Both the position numbers and the translations under genes were made by a program. This document shows positions 1 to 9,181 of a stretch of DNA of 36,994 nt, piece after piece; the first letter of the stretch is position 1; each line of letters begins with the position of its first letter. The notes beneath the pieces are model-generated. The model was not told where the DNA came from, searched no databases, and was given only the letters and a program-made list of their open reading frames with translations. The stretch lies in the IMG/VR virus record IMGVR_UViG_3300012943_000047, positions 1 through 36,994 of that record, one strand, 5' to 3'. The DNA comes from a virus (taxonomy: Duplodnaviria; Caudoviricetes).

Positions 1-1
1 T

Positions 2-103
2 ACTGACAAGGGTTTCTTTCATAAGGATGCAGGAACGGCTGCGCCGGAGTGGGTAGAGAGCATTGAATTGTTTTCTGAAAGTGCGAATAAAAAAATCGAC
101 TAC
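2..103 (+). pseudogene. ligD: Host flank: internal fragment of an NHEJ LigD polymerase domain, interrupted by the phage end
   Basis: Frame +2 reads TDKGFFHKDAGTAAPEWVESIELFSESANKKIDY, resembling LigD PolDom (FxxKD...PxWV...SES...IxY). Similarity stops where the terminal repeat begins at 104. Confidence 0.65.
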
Positions 104-153
104 CAAGATCGTAAAAACCACACGGCACATTTAAAAAAACGAAACGGTACATT
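104..153. repeat. Terminal repeat with two tandem putative transposase-binding sites (Mu R1/R2-like)
   Basis: AAAAACCACACGGCACATT (113-131) and AAAAACGAAACGGTACATT (135-153), 22-bp period. Reverse complement of 104-131 matches 36957-36984 at 20/28. Confidence 0.75.
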
Positions 154-203
154 TTCTTGACACGTCAAATTTAGCGGTTTTATACTGAAACGATCAAATT
201 AGC

Positions 204-211
204 TATATTTG
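204..211 (+). promoter_or_regulatory. Bacteroidota sigma-70 -7 element
   Basis: TATATTTG fits TAnnTTTG and sits 3 nt before a long inverted repeat. Confidence 0.5.
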
Positions 212-214
212 CCC

Positions 215-338
215 TGCGACTCAACAAAATCTTTTTTGACCTCACTGCTGATCAATCTCGGCTTATTCTCCCATTAGCCCGGACACTCAGTAATGAGGTT
301 TTTTGTTGAGTCGCATCTACATTTAACAGTCCGGGCTA
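215..338 (+). ncRNA. Candidate structured RNA (long stem plus loop-to-downstream pairing)
   Basis: Perfect 15-bp IR 215-229/301-315; inner stem 239-251/287-299; loop 275-284 (TAGCCCGGAC) exactly complementary to 329-338. Confidence 0.55.
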
Positions 339-418
339 TACTTGTGCAAAAAAGCTTCTGAAGAAACCACTTAAAGTCGCTCAAAAGGAATCATCTAAGC
401 CTGCGTCATGTAAAGACA

Positions 419-1207
419 TCATATCGGGTAGTTAGCCGTTAATACCTCAACCTTCCGCTTCATGTATCCGCTTTTGTTGTTCACACTTACACCCGTTTCC
501 AAACTCCATTGATGCCAGCCCATTTGCTTGGCGTATTTCATAAGCAACGGTGATGGGTAGCTACTCAACAGGAACTTCCCTTTGATGGCCGAGAGAGCCT
601 GTAATAGCCTCTCAAAGTTTTCCTTAGTGTAACCACCATAATGGCCGCAGTCGCTATTGAAGTATGGAGGATCACAATAAAAGAAACTGTCAACACCGTC
701 ACGGCTTTGAATAATGTATAAGGCATCGGCACACTCAATTTGAGCATCTTGTAAGCGTATGGCCAACTCCTCTGTAAACTGTTCTCGTTTGTTGGTGATC
801 TTCGTTGTAGTTGTGCGCTTGGCTTTATCGTAGCCCCAAGAGCTATCGAGCATTGAACTGAATGATTGCGCACACAATACCCACACTGCCCAAGCTCGTT
901 GTACGTCAGTGAATAAATGAGGATTGTTGTAAATGGTGCTGGCGTCACGATGTGCGCTACGACTGTGCAGCGTAATACGCACAAGGCTTTGAAGGTCTAA
1001 GAACTTCTCTTTGCAAACCCGGTAGAAGTTGATCAACTCTTTATTCGTGTCGTTGATTACTTCAACCTTGCTTATCTCCTTACCAAAGAAGATGGCCGCG
1101 CCTCCAACGAACGGTTCGCAGTAAAGAGTGTGATCGGGAATTTTGGTGAGAATTGTGGAGAGTAATTTTTGCTTTCCACCGTAGTAGGTGATTGGTGTTT
1201 TTGTCAT
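419..1207 (-). CDS. DNA adenine (N6) methyltransferase, Dam/D12 class
   Basis: YYGGK, EPFVGGAA (motif I), VINDTN and YCDPPY (motif IV). Confidence 0.93.
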   Translation of the reverse strand: MTKTPITYYGGKQKLLSTILTKIPDHTLYCEPFVGGAAIFFGKEISKVEVINDTNKELINFYRVCKEKFLDLQSLVRITLHSRSAHRDASTIYNNPHLFTDVQRAWAVWVLCAQSFSSMLDSSWGYDKAKRTTTTKITNKREQFTEELAIRLQDAQIECADALYIIQSRDGVDSFFYCDPPYFNSDCGHYGGYTKENFERLLQALSAIKGKFLLSSYPSPLLMKYAKQMGWHQWSLETGVSVNNKSGYMKRKVEVLTANYPI

Positions 1208-1255
1208 GTATGTATTGGGTTTTGTGTGGTTGCTTATTCCCCCAATACCTTCATA

Positions 1256-1771
1256 TCATAGTCTCCCTTCGAATGCTACATAATAGTAACCGCTTGCCTT
1301 CCGCAAATCGCCTGGACTGATTAGCCAGGGTTTAGGAAAGTATCCGCGCAAATGGTGAATGGGCAGAATGCAATGTTCGCTGCAAAACAATCTGCTTTGT
1401 GCATGGGTCTTTCTGAAACCGAACCACATGCCCGTTACACGGTAGATCAACTGAAAAAATAACGTACTCCAGAAGTCATATTTCTTACCAACCTGCTCAC
1501 TGGCCGTTGATAAGTAAATAGTTCCTTCTTGCTCTGTGATGGGATGAATCAATCGTAAAACACAAATCTCATCACCTTTATAGTGGCTCATATCGCGCAC
1601 AACTACACCACCGGCATCCGCTTCGTTGATCTTGCCATTGATGTACAGCGCACAGTGATGATAGTAGGCGCGGTCAAAAATCTGAATGAGTTTTGCCAGC
1701 AGAAAAGTATACCACTTGCGGAAGGTGTTCACCTTCACTAAAATAATGTCCCCGTTTTGCAGATTGGTCAT
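1256..1771 (-). CDS. Permuted papain-like NlpC/P60 (YiiX/YebB-like) amidase
   Basis: GDIIL, YHHCALY (His), GKKYDF, C-terminal LFCSE (Cys) and ISPGDL in permuted order. Confidence 0.8.
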   Translation of the reverse strand: MTNLQNGDIILVKVNTFRKWYTFLLAKLIQIFDRAYYHHCALYINGKINEADAGGVVVRDMSHYKGDEICVLRLIHPITEQEGTIYLSTASEQVGKKYDFWSTLFFQLIYRVTGMWFGFRKTHAQSRLFCSEHCILPIHHLRGYFPKPWLISPGDLRKASGYYYVAFEGRL

Positions 1772-2250
1772 GCTAAGTAGTCGTTGATTTTGTTGATGAA
1801 ATAATTCTTACGTTCCTGAGTGAATATGGCATCTGTTGCAATACCCTGAACGATGGCCAGCACTGAAGTAATCGCTCCGGTTTCAAGCAATTGTTTTGCA
1901 CTGCCAAACTTAGTGAGCTGAGCTATGTTGTCACTCAATGACAAAGCCAAGGCACGGTTTTGTGCGAGGTATTCATTCAGTATCAGCTGACCAAATTGGC
2001 GATCGCGCATCACGGTGAACGCAGAATCGTTGCTATCATTCAACCACTTCTGAAAAGCTTCTGCACTTTCAAACCACTGGCCACCGAGTGATTCAATCTC
2101 TGCCTTCTGTTGTGTTGAGAATAGCACCTCTTCCATTCCGCCATATTGCTGGCTATCTTTTTCAAATTGCCATGATGTAGGAGTGGCAATGCCGTATTGA
2201 AGAGTTACTTCGGGAATTCTGTTCGATGGTATGTATGCGTACTGGCTCAT
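1768..2250 (-). CDS. Hypothetical protein in tail-fibre module
   Basis: 160-aa ORF, ATGA-coupled to the downstream gene. Confidence 0.7.
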   Translation of the reverse strand: MSQYAYIPSNRIPEVTLQYGIATPTSWQFEKDSQQYGGMEEVLFSTQQKAEIESLGGQWFESAEAFQKWLNDSNDSAFTVMRDRQFGQLILNEYLAQNRALALSLSDNIAQLTKFGSAKQLLETGAITSVLAIVQGIATDAIFTQERKNYFINKINDYLA

Positions 2251-2256
2251 AGTTTT

Positions 2257-3108
2257 TTAAAAAGCTTGAAGGACGCCTCCAAGGGTTGCGTTATTTGTCA
2301 TGTTCAATTGCATTAGGTTAACTCCATTCGGTGAAGAGTCTTTAATGCCGTAAGCTCCAGCAGTCCAACCGCCGGGAATACCACCGGGATATAGAATAGC
2401 CGGTGCAATACCTTCAGTGAATTGCCACCACGCCAATAAGTTCTCTGTCTTTGATGGATTATTTCCAAGGCCTCCGTTGTAGTTAAGGTTTAAGTCACCT
2501 GTTCCTAAAATGCCAGATGATGGAGTACTCTTATAAACTCGGAACTCATCAAATATTTGAGACGCAGCAGGTGCAAGCGGCCCAGAACCATTGCGGCTTC
2601 CTATAGTCAACTGAGAGAAAATTTGCGGCCCTGAAAGCATTGTTGCTTGATACGGTCTTACGCGGTTTATTGTGCAAGTCAGTATGAGCGTTGATGCATT
2701 GTAGGATATAAATACGTGTATTGGATTGCCGTTGAATGCCACAACATCTACATCAGTAAAAGCGACGAATTGTCCGCTGGTGAAATTACCAAGCGTCCAA
2801 CTTCCTACACCTGAATTCGAATGTCTCAATGAGAATGCCGTACTATTTACGGTATCAGCGACTTCAAAAAACGTTGTAGCTCCTGTTCCAGCTGCTGTTG
2901 TCTTTACCCAGAATTCAAAAAATACTGTTCCTCCAAGCGTAGCAATGCTCTGACCAATCAATGCACTTCCAAAAGCCTTGAAGTAATCGTTTGATCCATC
3001 GAGACGGACACCACTACCAAAAGAGAAAGGCGCAGGCAATGCTCTGTTCCACCCAACGCCAAGTTGGGCTCTTAATGACGGACTGCAACCTTCTGTATTA
3101 GTGTGCAT
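2257..3108 (-). CDS. LamG/concanavalin-A-like domain protein, probable receptor-binding tail protein
   Basis: LDGSNDY, FEFWVKT, LTIGSR, FDEFRVY and LLAWWQF are typical LamG-like jelly-roll motifs; follows the fibre genes. Confidence 0.75.
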   Translation of the reverse strand: MHTNTEGCSPSLRAQLGVGWNRALPAPFSFGSGVRLDGSNDYFKAFGSALIGQSIATLGGTVFFEFWVKTTAAGTGATTFFEVADTVNSTAFSLRHSNSGVGSWTLGNFTSGQFVAFTDVDVVAFNGNPIHVFISYNASTLILTCTINRVRPYQATMLSGPQIFSQLTIGSRNGSGPLAPAASQIFDEFRVYKSTPSSGILGTGDLNLNYNGGLGNNPSKTENLLAWWQFTEGIAPAILYPGGIPGGWTAGAYGIKDSSPNGVNLMQLNMTNNATLGGVLQAF

Positions 3109-3113
3109 ACAAT

Positions 3114-3539
3114 TTACGCATCATAGTTTGCGCCCAGGATACAAATGTCAATTTGCTTTGCAGCCGTGATCGTGGCCAGCATACCAGCTTCGAGGTTCAT
3201 ACCGTTATTCAAATTGACATAAGGATTTCCCGAAGCATCAATTTTTAACCAAGGTAAATTACCACGGTTTAACCCTGCAACTGCTGGAGTACTGCCATCA
3301 GTTCCAGCACCCGCAGGAACATTAATGTGCCCAAGTTTTGAAATACCTGAACCATCATTGATTTGAATAAGCACAACGCGAGCTACCGTATCGGTACTTG
3401 TGATTATAATGCCATCAACACGGCTTCCTTCCGCTGAAGGTGCAAAAATCTGTTTTGCCACTGTTGTATCCGCTGGAAGAAACTGAGTTGGCTTGCAGCG
3501 AAGGTCTTTTGTGAAGAATGTGATTGAATTCTTACTCAT
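3114..3539 (-). CDS. Hypothetical beta-rich tail-associated protein
   Basis: 141-aa ORF co-oriented between the fibre and LamG genes. Confidence 0.7.
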   Translation of the reverse strand: MSKNSITFFTKDLRCKPTQFLPADTTVAKQIFAPSAEGSRVDGIIITSTDTVARVVLIQINDGSGISKLGHINVPAGAGTDGSTPAVAGLNRGNLPWLKIDASGNPYVNLNNGMNLEAGMLATITAAKQIDICILGANYDA

Positions 3540-3551
3540 GTTATTTTTATG

Positions 3552-4763
3552 TTATGGAGTGCCAAAGTTTGATTCTTTGTAAATAGATAGTGTTACGGAG
3601 TCTTGTGTCAAACCTCCGATCTGCGTCTCAATAAGCTTTGTTAAGCCCATAGCCTGAAAGTTTGTTCCGTCATAAAAAAGTTCGACAATCTGCCCGGCTA
3701 CAATATCTCCACCAACTAAATTGTCGCTGGAGTTTTTCTTTATAGCCTTCGCGCCAAGTCCGTTGAGGTTTAAAGTCGAAGCTCCTGTGTTTGCATTAGT
3801 GAACTTGATGAAAACTCGGAGGTTGGCAACGTATGCAGCAATGGCCGGAGTAAGTGATGCCGTGTAGGTTGCTGTTCCTGCTGCTGTGGCCGATGCCGGG
3901 GATGGTGTTTGTATATCATCCAAACCGGCAACAGCAATATCCTTGTCAGGGAATGTATAAGTGCGTGCAGCCGTGTTGACGTTTGTGAAGAAGGAAGTAA
4001 ATGTATTAGCTACATTTTTGAAATTAATTTTGAATAGAGTCAATCCGGCATAACCACCCGTTGCATCTTTCTTACTTGCGTCCTCCGGTGTATAAGGCGC
4101 GTCAATCAAATCCTTGGTTGCGTTGACGGCCATGAACTTACTCGCAGTCATGGAAGAGAATCGTGGCGCAGATGTGAATGTAATCACAGCAGCAAATGTC
4201 TGTGCCTGTGTTTTAACCCACGTCCACCATGCGGCCAAATTGCCAGATGTAACAACGCGACCACTGTTGGCGTTGGTTTGAATATTTCCGTCCGTGTCAA
4301 GCTGAACGATTCCCTTTACCGATGTGCTTGCATCCGATGGAACAGATGTAACCTGAATATAAATTGAGCCGCTCCACCTGTATGAAAGGTTAGTATCAAT
4401 AGCGATGAAAATCTTTCCTGTTTCACCTGTAACCGGAAACGCTGCAAGATTTGCAAACTCCAACACATCATCAACGTATGAAGGCAATTGACCTGCCGGA
4501 ACTTTTCCACCTCCATCGAGAGAAGCATAGCCGTTAGGTTGACCTTTGTTTGCTTTGTCTTCCTTCGCTGTGTCCAATGCTTCAACAGCTTCAACGGTGG
4601 CCAGATCGTTGAGCGTTGATTCCAAATTCTGAATACTTGAAATTGGAATGTCATTAGCATCCTTGTGCCAATAGCTATCCAACCAGTGGGCAAACTGCTC
4701 TTCGAGCGGCTTTAAACCGCGCTTAAACCAGTTCTTGAGTGTTGATATTGATTGCTTTGACAT
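3552..4763 (-). CDS. Tail fibre protein
   Basis: N-terminal LKNWFKRGLKP..QFAHWLDSYWHKD anchor, KGQPNGYASLDGGGKVPAGQLPSYVDDVLEF and ASTSVKGIVQL fibre segments; Ala/Thr/Gly rich. Confidence 0.8.
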   Translation of the reverse strand: MSKQSISTLKNWFKRGLKPLEEQFAHWLDSYWHKDANDIPISSIQNLESTLNDLATVEAVEALDTAKEDKANKGQPNGYASLDGGGKVPAGQLPSYVDDVLEFANLAAFPVTGETGKIFIAIDTNLSYRWSGSIYIQVTSVPSDASTSVKGIVQLDTDGNIQTNANSGRVVTSGNLAAWWTWVKTQAQTFAAVITFTSAPRFSSMTASKFMAVNATKDLIDAPYTPEDASKKDATGGYAGLTLFKINFKNVANTFTSFFTNVNTAARTYTFPDKDIAVAGLDDIQTPSPASATAAGTATYTASLTPAIAAYVANLRVFIKFTNANTGASTLNLNGLGAKAIKKNSSDNLVGGDIVAGQIVELFYDGTNFQAMGLTKLIETQIGGLTQDSVTLSIYKESNFGTP

Positions 4764-4773
4764 TTCGGAATCT

Positions 4774-5646
4774 TTAAGGTTCAGTTACAATCAACAACTT
4801 GACAAATGCATTATTCCAGCCAGCACCATCAAAGTACCCCGAATTCGGCCTACCCATTTGAAATAGTACATCGGCACCAACTTGAACCGCTGTTATAGAA
4901 GTTTCGTAAGTGCCTCCTTGGCCAAGGGATATTTTTACAGCTCCAGAATTGTCAATAACCGTTGCGGAATAGGTGACAATCTTTGTTAAGTCCAAACCGG
5001 CAATCGTTAACCCTTTCGATGGATTTACATCCATGTTCCATGAGGTGCTTGTGTACTTGCGCAATGTGCATGAATCGAATTGATTGTTACGGGCAGTTGC
5101 TTCCGTAGAATCTCCATTAGCCCTTGCCATAGCCTCTGCGTTATCGCCGTTAACCCTTGCCGTGGCTTCAGTTGAAATGGCCGTACCTCGCGCAGCTACT
5201 TCCGCGATAATCGCAGCCTCCAATACATTGTCTCCACCCTCTCGTCCGCCGACTTCAGCTAAAATATCAGCCATGATTTGTTTTATGCTTTTAAGCCGAA
5301 CAAACCCTGAATGATTTACTCCCCCTGCACTACCGCTTTTAGCTACTCTCGTAATCTCAACGTTCTTCGTTGTTCCGTCATTAAATTCCTGCGGCACGCT
5401 TGTCTCTTCAATAACGATCTGAGCCGCCTTCAAGCCTCCAACAAATTTCAATATCTCACCGTTGATGGCCACCCATCCATCACCATAGTTGGCCCCTAAA
5501 TCTGCTACACCGCTGATGTAAACATAATCGCCAAAAAACAAGCTTATGCCTGCGAATGTATCGCGGAAGCTTTTCTGTAAGTGATCAAGTGCATCCTGAT
5601 CCAGTGGGTAACCTTCGAGTTGGCTAAAGTCTATTCTCTTATACAT
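4774..5646 (-). CDS. Proximal tail fibre / baseplate-attached fibre protein
   Basis: GYPLDQDALDHLQ...DGWVAINGEIL N-terminus; four 11-aa E-x-x-A-R repeats (E149, E160, E171, E182); follows the baseplate genes. Confidence 0.75.
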   Translation of the reverse strand: MYKRIDFSQLEGYPLDQDALDHLQKSFRDTFAGISLFFGDYVYISGVADLGANYGDGWVAINGEILKFVGGLKAAQIVIEETSVPQEFNDGTTKNVEITRVAKSGSAGGVNHSGFVRLKSIKQIMADILAEVGGREGGDNVLEAAIIAEVAARGTAISTEATARVNGDNAEAMARANGDSTEATARNNQFDSCTLRKYTSTSWNMDVNPSKGLTIAGLDLTKIVTYSATVIDNSGAVKISLGQGGTYETSITAVQVGADVLFQMGRPNSGYFDGAGWNNAFVKLLIVTEP

Positions 5647-5649
5647 AGC

Positions 5650-6141
5650 TCAAAAAATTGAAATTTTAAATGATTTAGAGGCAAGCTTAAAACTTGTCAA
5701 CAGTGTTCTCATTTCCTGCTCGTTAAACTCTACTTCGTTGGGTACATACACAACAAAATCGTTTGTGGATTGACCTACTTCGCCCCGTGTAAAAACGTAT
5801 TTGGGATTGGCTTCAGAACGCCTGTAAATGAAAACCGGATTTTCCTCACCTCGTGTATACAAAAACAACGGGAGGTATGATATACCGTCTTCAATGTAAA
5901 TCCTGCGCTCATCATCATCATACTTATCGTTCAGCATCTTTTGCAGGTACACCACTTGTGGAGTGATGGTGAGATTGTACAACACAAAGTTTCTAAACAC
6001 GATCAGCAAATTGTATATCACTACAATGGGCAAGGCAAGCCACAACACCCACGCAACAATTTCCGGATACCTGATTTTAACAGGTATTCTGCTCGTTACG
6101 AACTTGGTGTAATTGATGATATATCGATTTACGTTGATCAT
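5650..6141 (-). CDS. Baseplate protein (P2 gpI/Mu gp48-like position)
   Basis: ATGA-coupled after the J-like gene; TPQVVYLQKMLND...DFVVYVP. Confidence 0.65.
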   Translation of the reverse strand: MINVNRYIINYTKFVTSRIPVKIRYPEIVAWVLWLALPIVVIYNLLIVFRNFVLYNLTITPQVVYLQKMLNDKYDDDERRIYIEDGISYLPLFLYTRGEENPVFIYRRSEANPKYVFTRGEVGQSTNDFVVYVPNEVEFNEQEMRTLLTSFKLASKSFKISIF

Positions 6142-6983
6142 TGAATAGGGCTTTGTGGTACAAGCACAAGTGTTAAATCAGCATCATCCGCAAAACGTAG
6201 ATAACCGGCATTAGGCAAATATTGAACGTCAACAGATGTGAAGGAGAATGCTGCATATTTAGTTTCACAGCTTACCACATGAGGGATTACCACTCCGCTC
6301 ACATTTTGTAAGGCATCTACCAGATAGGCAAGAACAAAAACACCATTGAACGGTTGATTCTTCAGGAATGATTTTACAGCGTCTTGCACCGGCGTGCTGG
6401 AAGCTCCATCAATGCGTTGTCCTGTTTCGTCCAGGATAAGCGGATTGTAGAAAATCTTCAATGTCATTTTCACATTGTCAGCCTCTTCATTCACAATATT
6501 GATCTTCACACCGGCATCCTTTACAAGTTTCATGTACTCCGCAAAAGATGTCAGTTGCGGCCCGGATATCGGTGCAAGGTCATCGCCGTCTTCTCCAGCA
6601 ATCTTGATTCTTAATGAACCGTCGAACGCCTCCGTAACAGCTGAGTATTTTACGACTTTGCTTTCTTCAATGTCTTCATCAGATATTCCAGTGTTGTCAT
6701 ACGTGTCACTGTCAACAATCAGATTAAAACCGTATTGAAAATCCTTTGCCTTATTGGCGTACCACCGGAGGCTGTGAGGTTTCAGGTTGGCAATGATTTC
6801 ATTTATCTCAGCCTTAAGGGTATCAAACAACACTTCGACCGACCATGCGCAGGTAGCAACAATGCGCGTCCATAAACGCCAACGTGCGGTTTTGCTTGTG
6901 TTGGTGGCCACAGGCGCAAGCACAGCATCGCTCTGTATTGCGTCAACCATTGATTGTTGTATTTCGGGTATTGTCCTTGCCAT
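6138..6983 (-). CDS. Baseplate wedge J-like protein
   Basis: MARTIxEI start, PHSLRWY and KDAGVKI segments; synteny. Confidence 0.7.
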   Translation of the reverse strand: MARTIPEIQQSMVDAIQSDAVLAPVATNTSKTARWRLWTRIVATCAWSVEVLFDTLKAEINEIIANLKPHSLRWYANKAKDFQYGFNLIVDSDTYDNTGISDEDIEESKVVKYSAVTEAFDGSLRIKIAGEDGDDLAPISGPQLTSFAEYMKLVKDAGVKINIVNEEADNVKMTLKIFYNPLILDETGQRIDGASSTPVQDAVKSFLKNQPFNGVFVLAYLVDALQNVSGVVIPHVVSCETKYAAFSFTSVDVQYLPNAGYLRFADDADLTLVLVPQSPIQ

Positions 6984-6987
6984 AGTT

Positions 6988-7464
6988 TTAGCTTACGATA
7001 AATTCATATTCAATTGCCCAGAACTCAATACCTTCTTCTACATCCTCACCGGCCACTACTACGTTGTTCGATGCCGGTTTCACTTTCGTCAGCGCGTTTA
7101 CAATCGCTTTCTTTTCTGGCTCAAAATCCGGTGACTGTATCACTGATCCGGGTGCAAGGTCATCCGTAATGCCAGCGTTGTTTTTGTCACACATTTCAAA
7201 AAGCCTTTCCTCATCGCCAAGCTGCTGAAGTACCAAGTCCACCCATGTTTGTCCTTCAAAGGATTTTACAGTAACGGGTTTTACAACTTGCGACACTATT
7301 TCATTTTGCAACTTCTTTGGTGTTGAGGTCGGAACAATCAGAAATACACCGGGTGTCAATACATCGGTAATGCTAATGCCATTGAGGTCTGCCGCTTCGA
7401 AAATCTTCTCTTCGTCAACGAGGTCGCTCAAATCCTGTCCGTATAGCACTTTAGTAATTGGCAT
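6988..7464 (-). CDS. LysM/P2 gpX-like baseplate protein with two repeats
   Basis: Two copies of GQxxxDL...F.....N...ITD.L.PG. Confidence 0.65.
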   Translation of the reverse strand: MPITKVLYGQDLSDLVDEEKIFEAADLNGISITDVLTPGVFLIVPTSTPKKLQNEIVSQVVKPVTVKSFEGQTWVDLVLQQLGDEERLFEMCDKNNAGITDDLAPGSVIQSPDFEPEKKAIVNALTKVKPASNNVVVAGEDVEEGIEFWAIEYEFIVS

Positions 7465-7729
7465 CGATCTTTATTTTACCTCCATCCAAAACAATTTTAT
7501 TCACTTTCAATCCATCAGCAACAAACTGCGTTCTCACCTCTCTCAAAAATGCCGCTGGGTCTTCATCTTCAAGAAAGCTTTCAGCACCCACGCCGGTTGC
7601 CGGAAATTCCTTCAGGCTTCCTTTTGCCCAGTCAATCAAAAAATGTTTGTTCTGCGCATCACAATCACCAACGTTCAAATCACCGTTGGCAAATATTGTC
7701 CCGTTATCAGCTATCAAAATGTCTGTCAT
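7451..7729 (-). CDS. Baseplate wedge gpW/gp25-like protein
   Basis: GDLNVGDC...KGSLKEFPATGVG motif, 92 aa, synteny. Confidence 0.65.
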   Translation of the reverse strand: MTDILIADNGTIFANGDLNVGDCDAQNKHFLIDWAKGSLKEFPATGVGAESFLEDEDPAAFLREVRTQFVADGLKVNKIVLDGGKIKIDANY

Positions 7730-8208
7730 CTCAATAGGTTATTTACCTTCAACATTGCCTGTCCCAGTTTTATATAGTCCGGTGGAGTGCCTGATGTCAT
7801 CACAATCACATTCACCGCCTCAATGATCAACGTCATCGCTTCCTTCAGGGAATCAGTTCCTTTTTGTACCAATAGCCCCACTTCATTTTGCTCAAGTACA
7901 GTTGTGCCGATCTTCAAACGCCACTTATCAGCCTCTCCAACTGATATCACCATCCAATCCTCATCGCCCTCAATGCGCACAGCCAGTGCCCACGTTCCAA
8001 CTTTTGGAACTACTGTGATTGATTCCTTTCCATCAAGCACCGGGCGAAGACGAACATCAAAGAAATCCAATCCGCTATCGTCATCGGTCAGGTCGCACGT
8101 CATGGCTCCGACATTAACGCTTTTCACTTTCGCGAGAATCGTGTTGTCTGGCCCGGCTTCACTGGCCATCTTCTTCAAGAGCTTACGTACTTGTTCTGCC
8201 TTATCCAT
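7726..8208 (-). CDS. Baseplate spike (gpV/Mu gp45-like)
   Basis: OB-fold-like AKVKSV...DVRLR...VPKVGTWAL, after the hub gene. Confidence 0.7.
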   Translation of the reverse strand: MDKAEQVRKLLKKMASEAGPDNTILAKVKSVNVGAMTCDLTDDDSGLDFFDVRLRPVLDGKESITVVPKVGTWALAVRIEGDEDWMVISVGEADKWRLKIGTTVLEQNEVGLLVQKGTDSLKEAMTLIIEAVNVIVMTSGTPPDYIKLGQAMLKVNNLLR

Positions 8209-9181
8209 TGCCTAAAGTGTTGCCGATGTAAATTTTTTGTCTTCCTCCTCCGTTACTAAAATCGCCAGTGACACCCGTCACAAAATATTTTCCAGTACGT
8301 GCCGGGTATTTGGCATCATCAATGTGCGCGGCCATACCTTGCTCAACATAGGGCACGAGAAACGCTGTAATGCTGCCCTCATAACCTTGGTTTAAGATGG
8401 TATTGCGTTGCTCCTGGGCGATGGCTGTCAAAACCGATTTGTCTTTGATTACGCTCTTCAGCTTCTTCACCTGTCCGTCCTTCTTGCCCACAAAAGCTTT
8501 CTCTTTTGTGCCGTCCTTCTTCCGCGATTCCATCTGAATGCGTACTTCCGCAAATTCCTTCTGATCATTAAATTTCAGTTCATTGTCCTTGATCACATTC
8601 CAGCCAAGGCGAAAACGTTTTGTTGTTTTCGGTTCAAGCTGCTGCATGCCAACGTACAACTCATCAAAATTGAAATACACAGTGAGCAAACACTTCTCTT
8701 TAAACCATTCCAGTACTTGAATGCCAGTGCAGTTTTGAAACACCGCTTTCTCCAAAGGAATGTTTGGGATTTTGCTGCTCAATTTTATGTTCGTTCCCTG
8801 AATCAGATCATTCAGTATTTTCCTAACTGTGGTGTTCTTATACGACTTGTTGAAGTCGAGCTTCTTCCGCAGTTGATAGCTGTATCCTTCACATTCCAGT
8901 TCCATTGGAATGGTGAAATTTATCCGTCTCACAAATCCCCTAAAACGCAAATCGTTTACATCGTCATACCCTGCATTGATGGTCACTTGCATACCTTCCT
9001 TGAACTGTTGTCCTGTCTGAACCCTTTCATACTCGTCTCCAAGGCGTTTAAGCATGGCAATAGCTGGTAGCTTTATCGTTGCGCTGTCGCTGAAGTTGTC
9101 AACGCTACGCTCCCAATGTGCAGCGTTAGGCTTCACACTTTTAAAGTTTCCAATCAATATGTCCGAAGTCATTCTAAACAT
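8201..9181 (-). CDS. Baseplate hub (P2 gpD/Mu gpP-like)
   Basis: SDSATIKLP, AGYD...FRGFV, GYEGSITAFLVPYV and GKYFVTGV...GGRQKI. Confidence 0.75.
   Translation of the reverse strand: MFRMTSDILIGNFKSVKPNAAHWERSVDNFSDSATIKLPAIAMLKRLGDEYERVQTGQQFKEGMQVTINAGYDDVNDLRFRGFVRRINFTIPMELECEGYSYQLRKKLDFNKSYKNTTVRKILNDLIQGTNIKLSSKIPNIPLEKAVFQNCTGIQVLEWFKEKCLLTVYFNFDELYVGMQQLEPKTTKRFRLGWNVIKDNELKFNDQKEFAEVRIQMESRKKDGTKEKAFVGKKDGQVKKLKSVIKDKSVLTAIAQEQRNTILNQGYEGSITAFLVPYVEQGMAAHIDDAKYPARTGKYFVTGVTGDFSNGGGRQKIYIGNTLGNG

Noticed and set aside
8408-9070. 220-aa plus-strand ORF and similar antisense ORFs (e.g. 28674-29186, 29650-30117, 13397-13867)
   Set aside because: They lie antisense to well-supported phage genes and have no recognisable motifs; treated as shadow ORFs.
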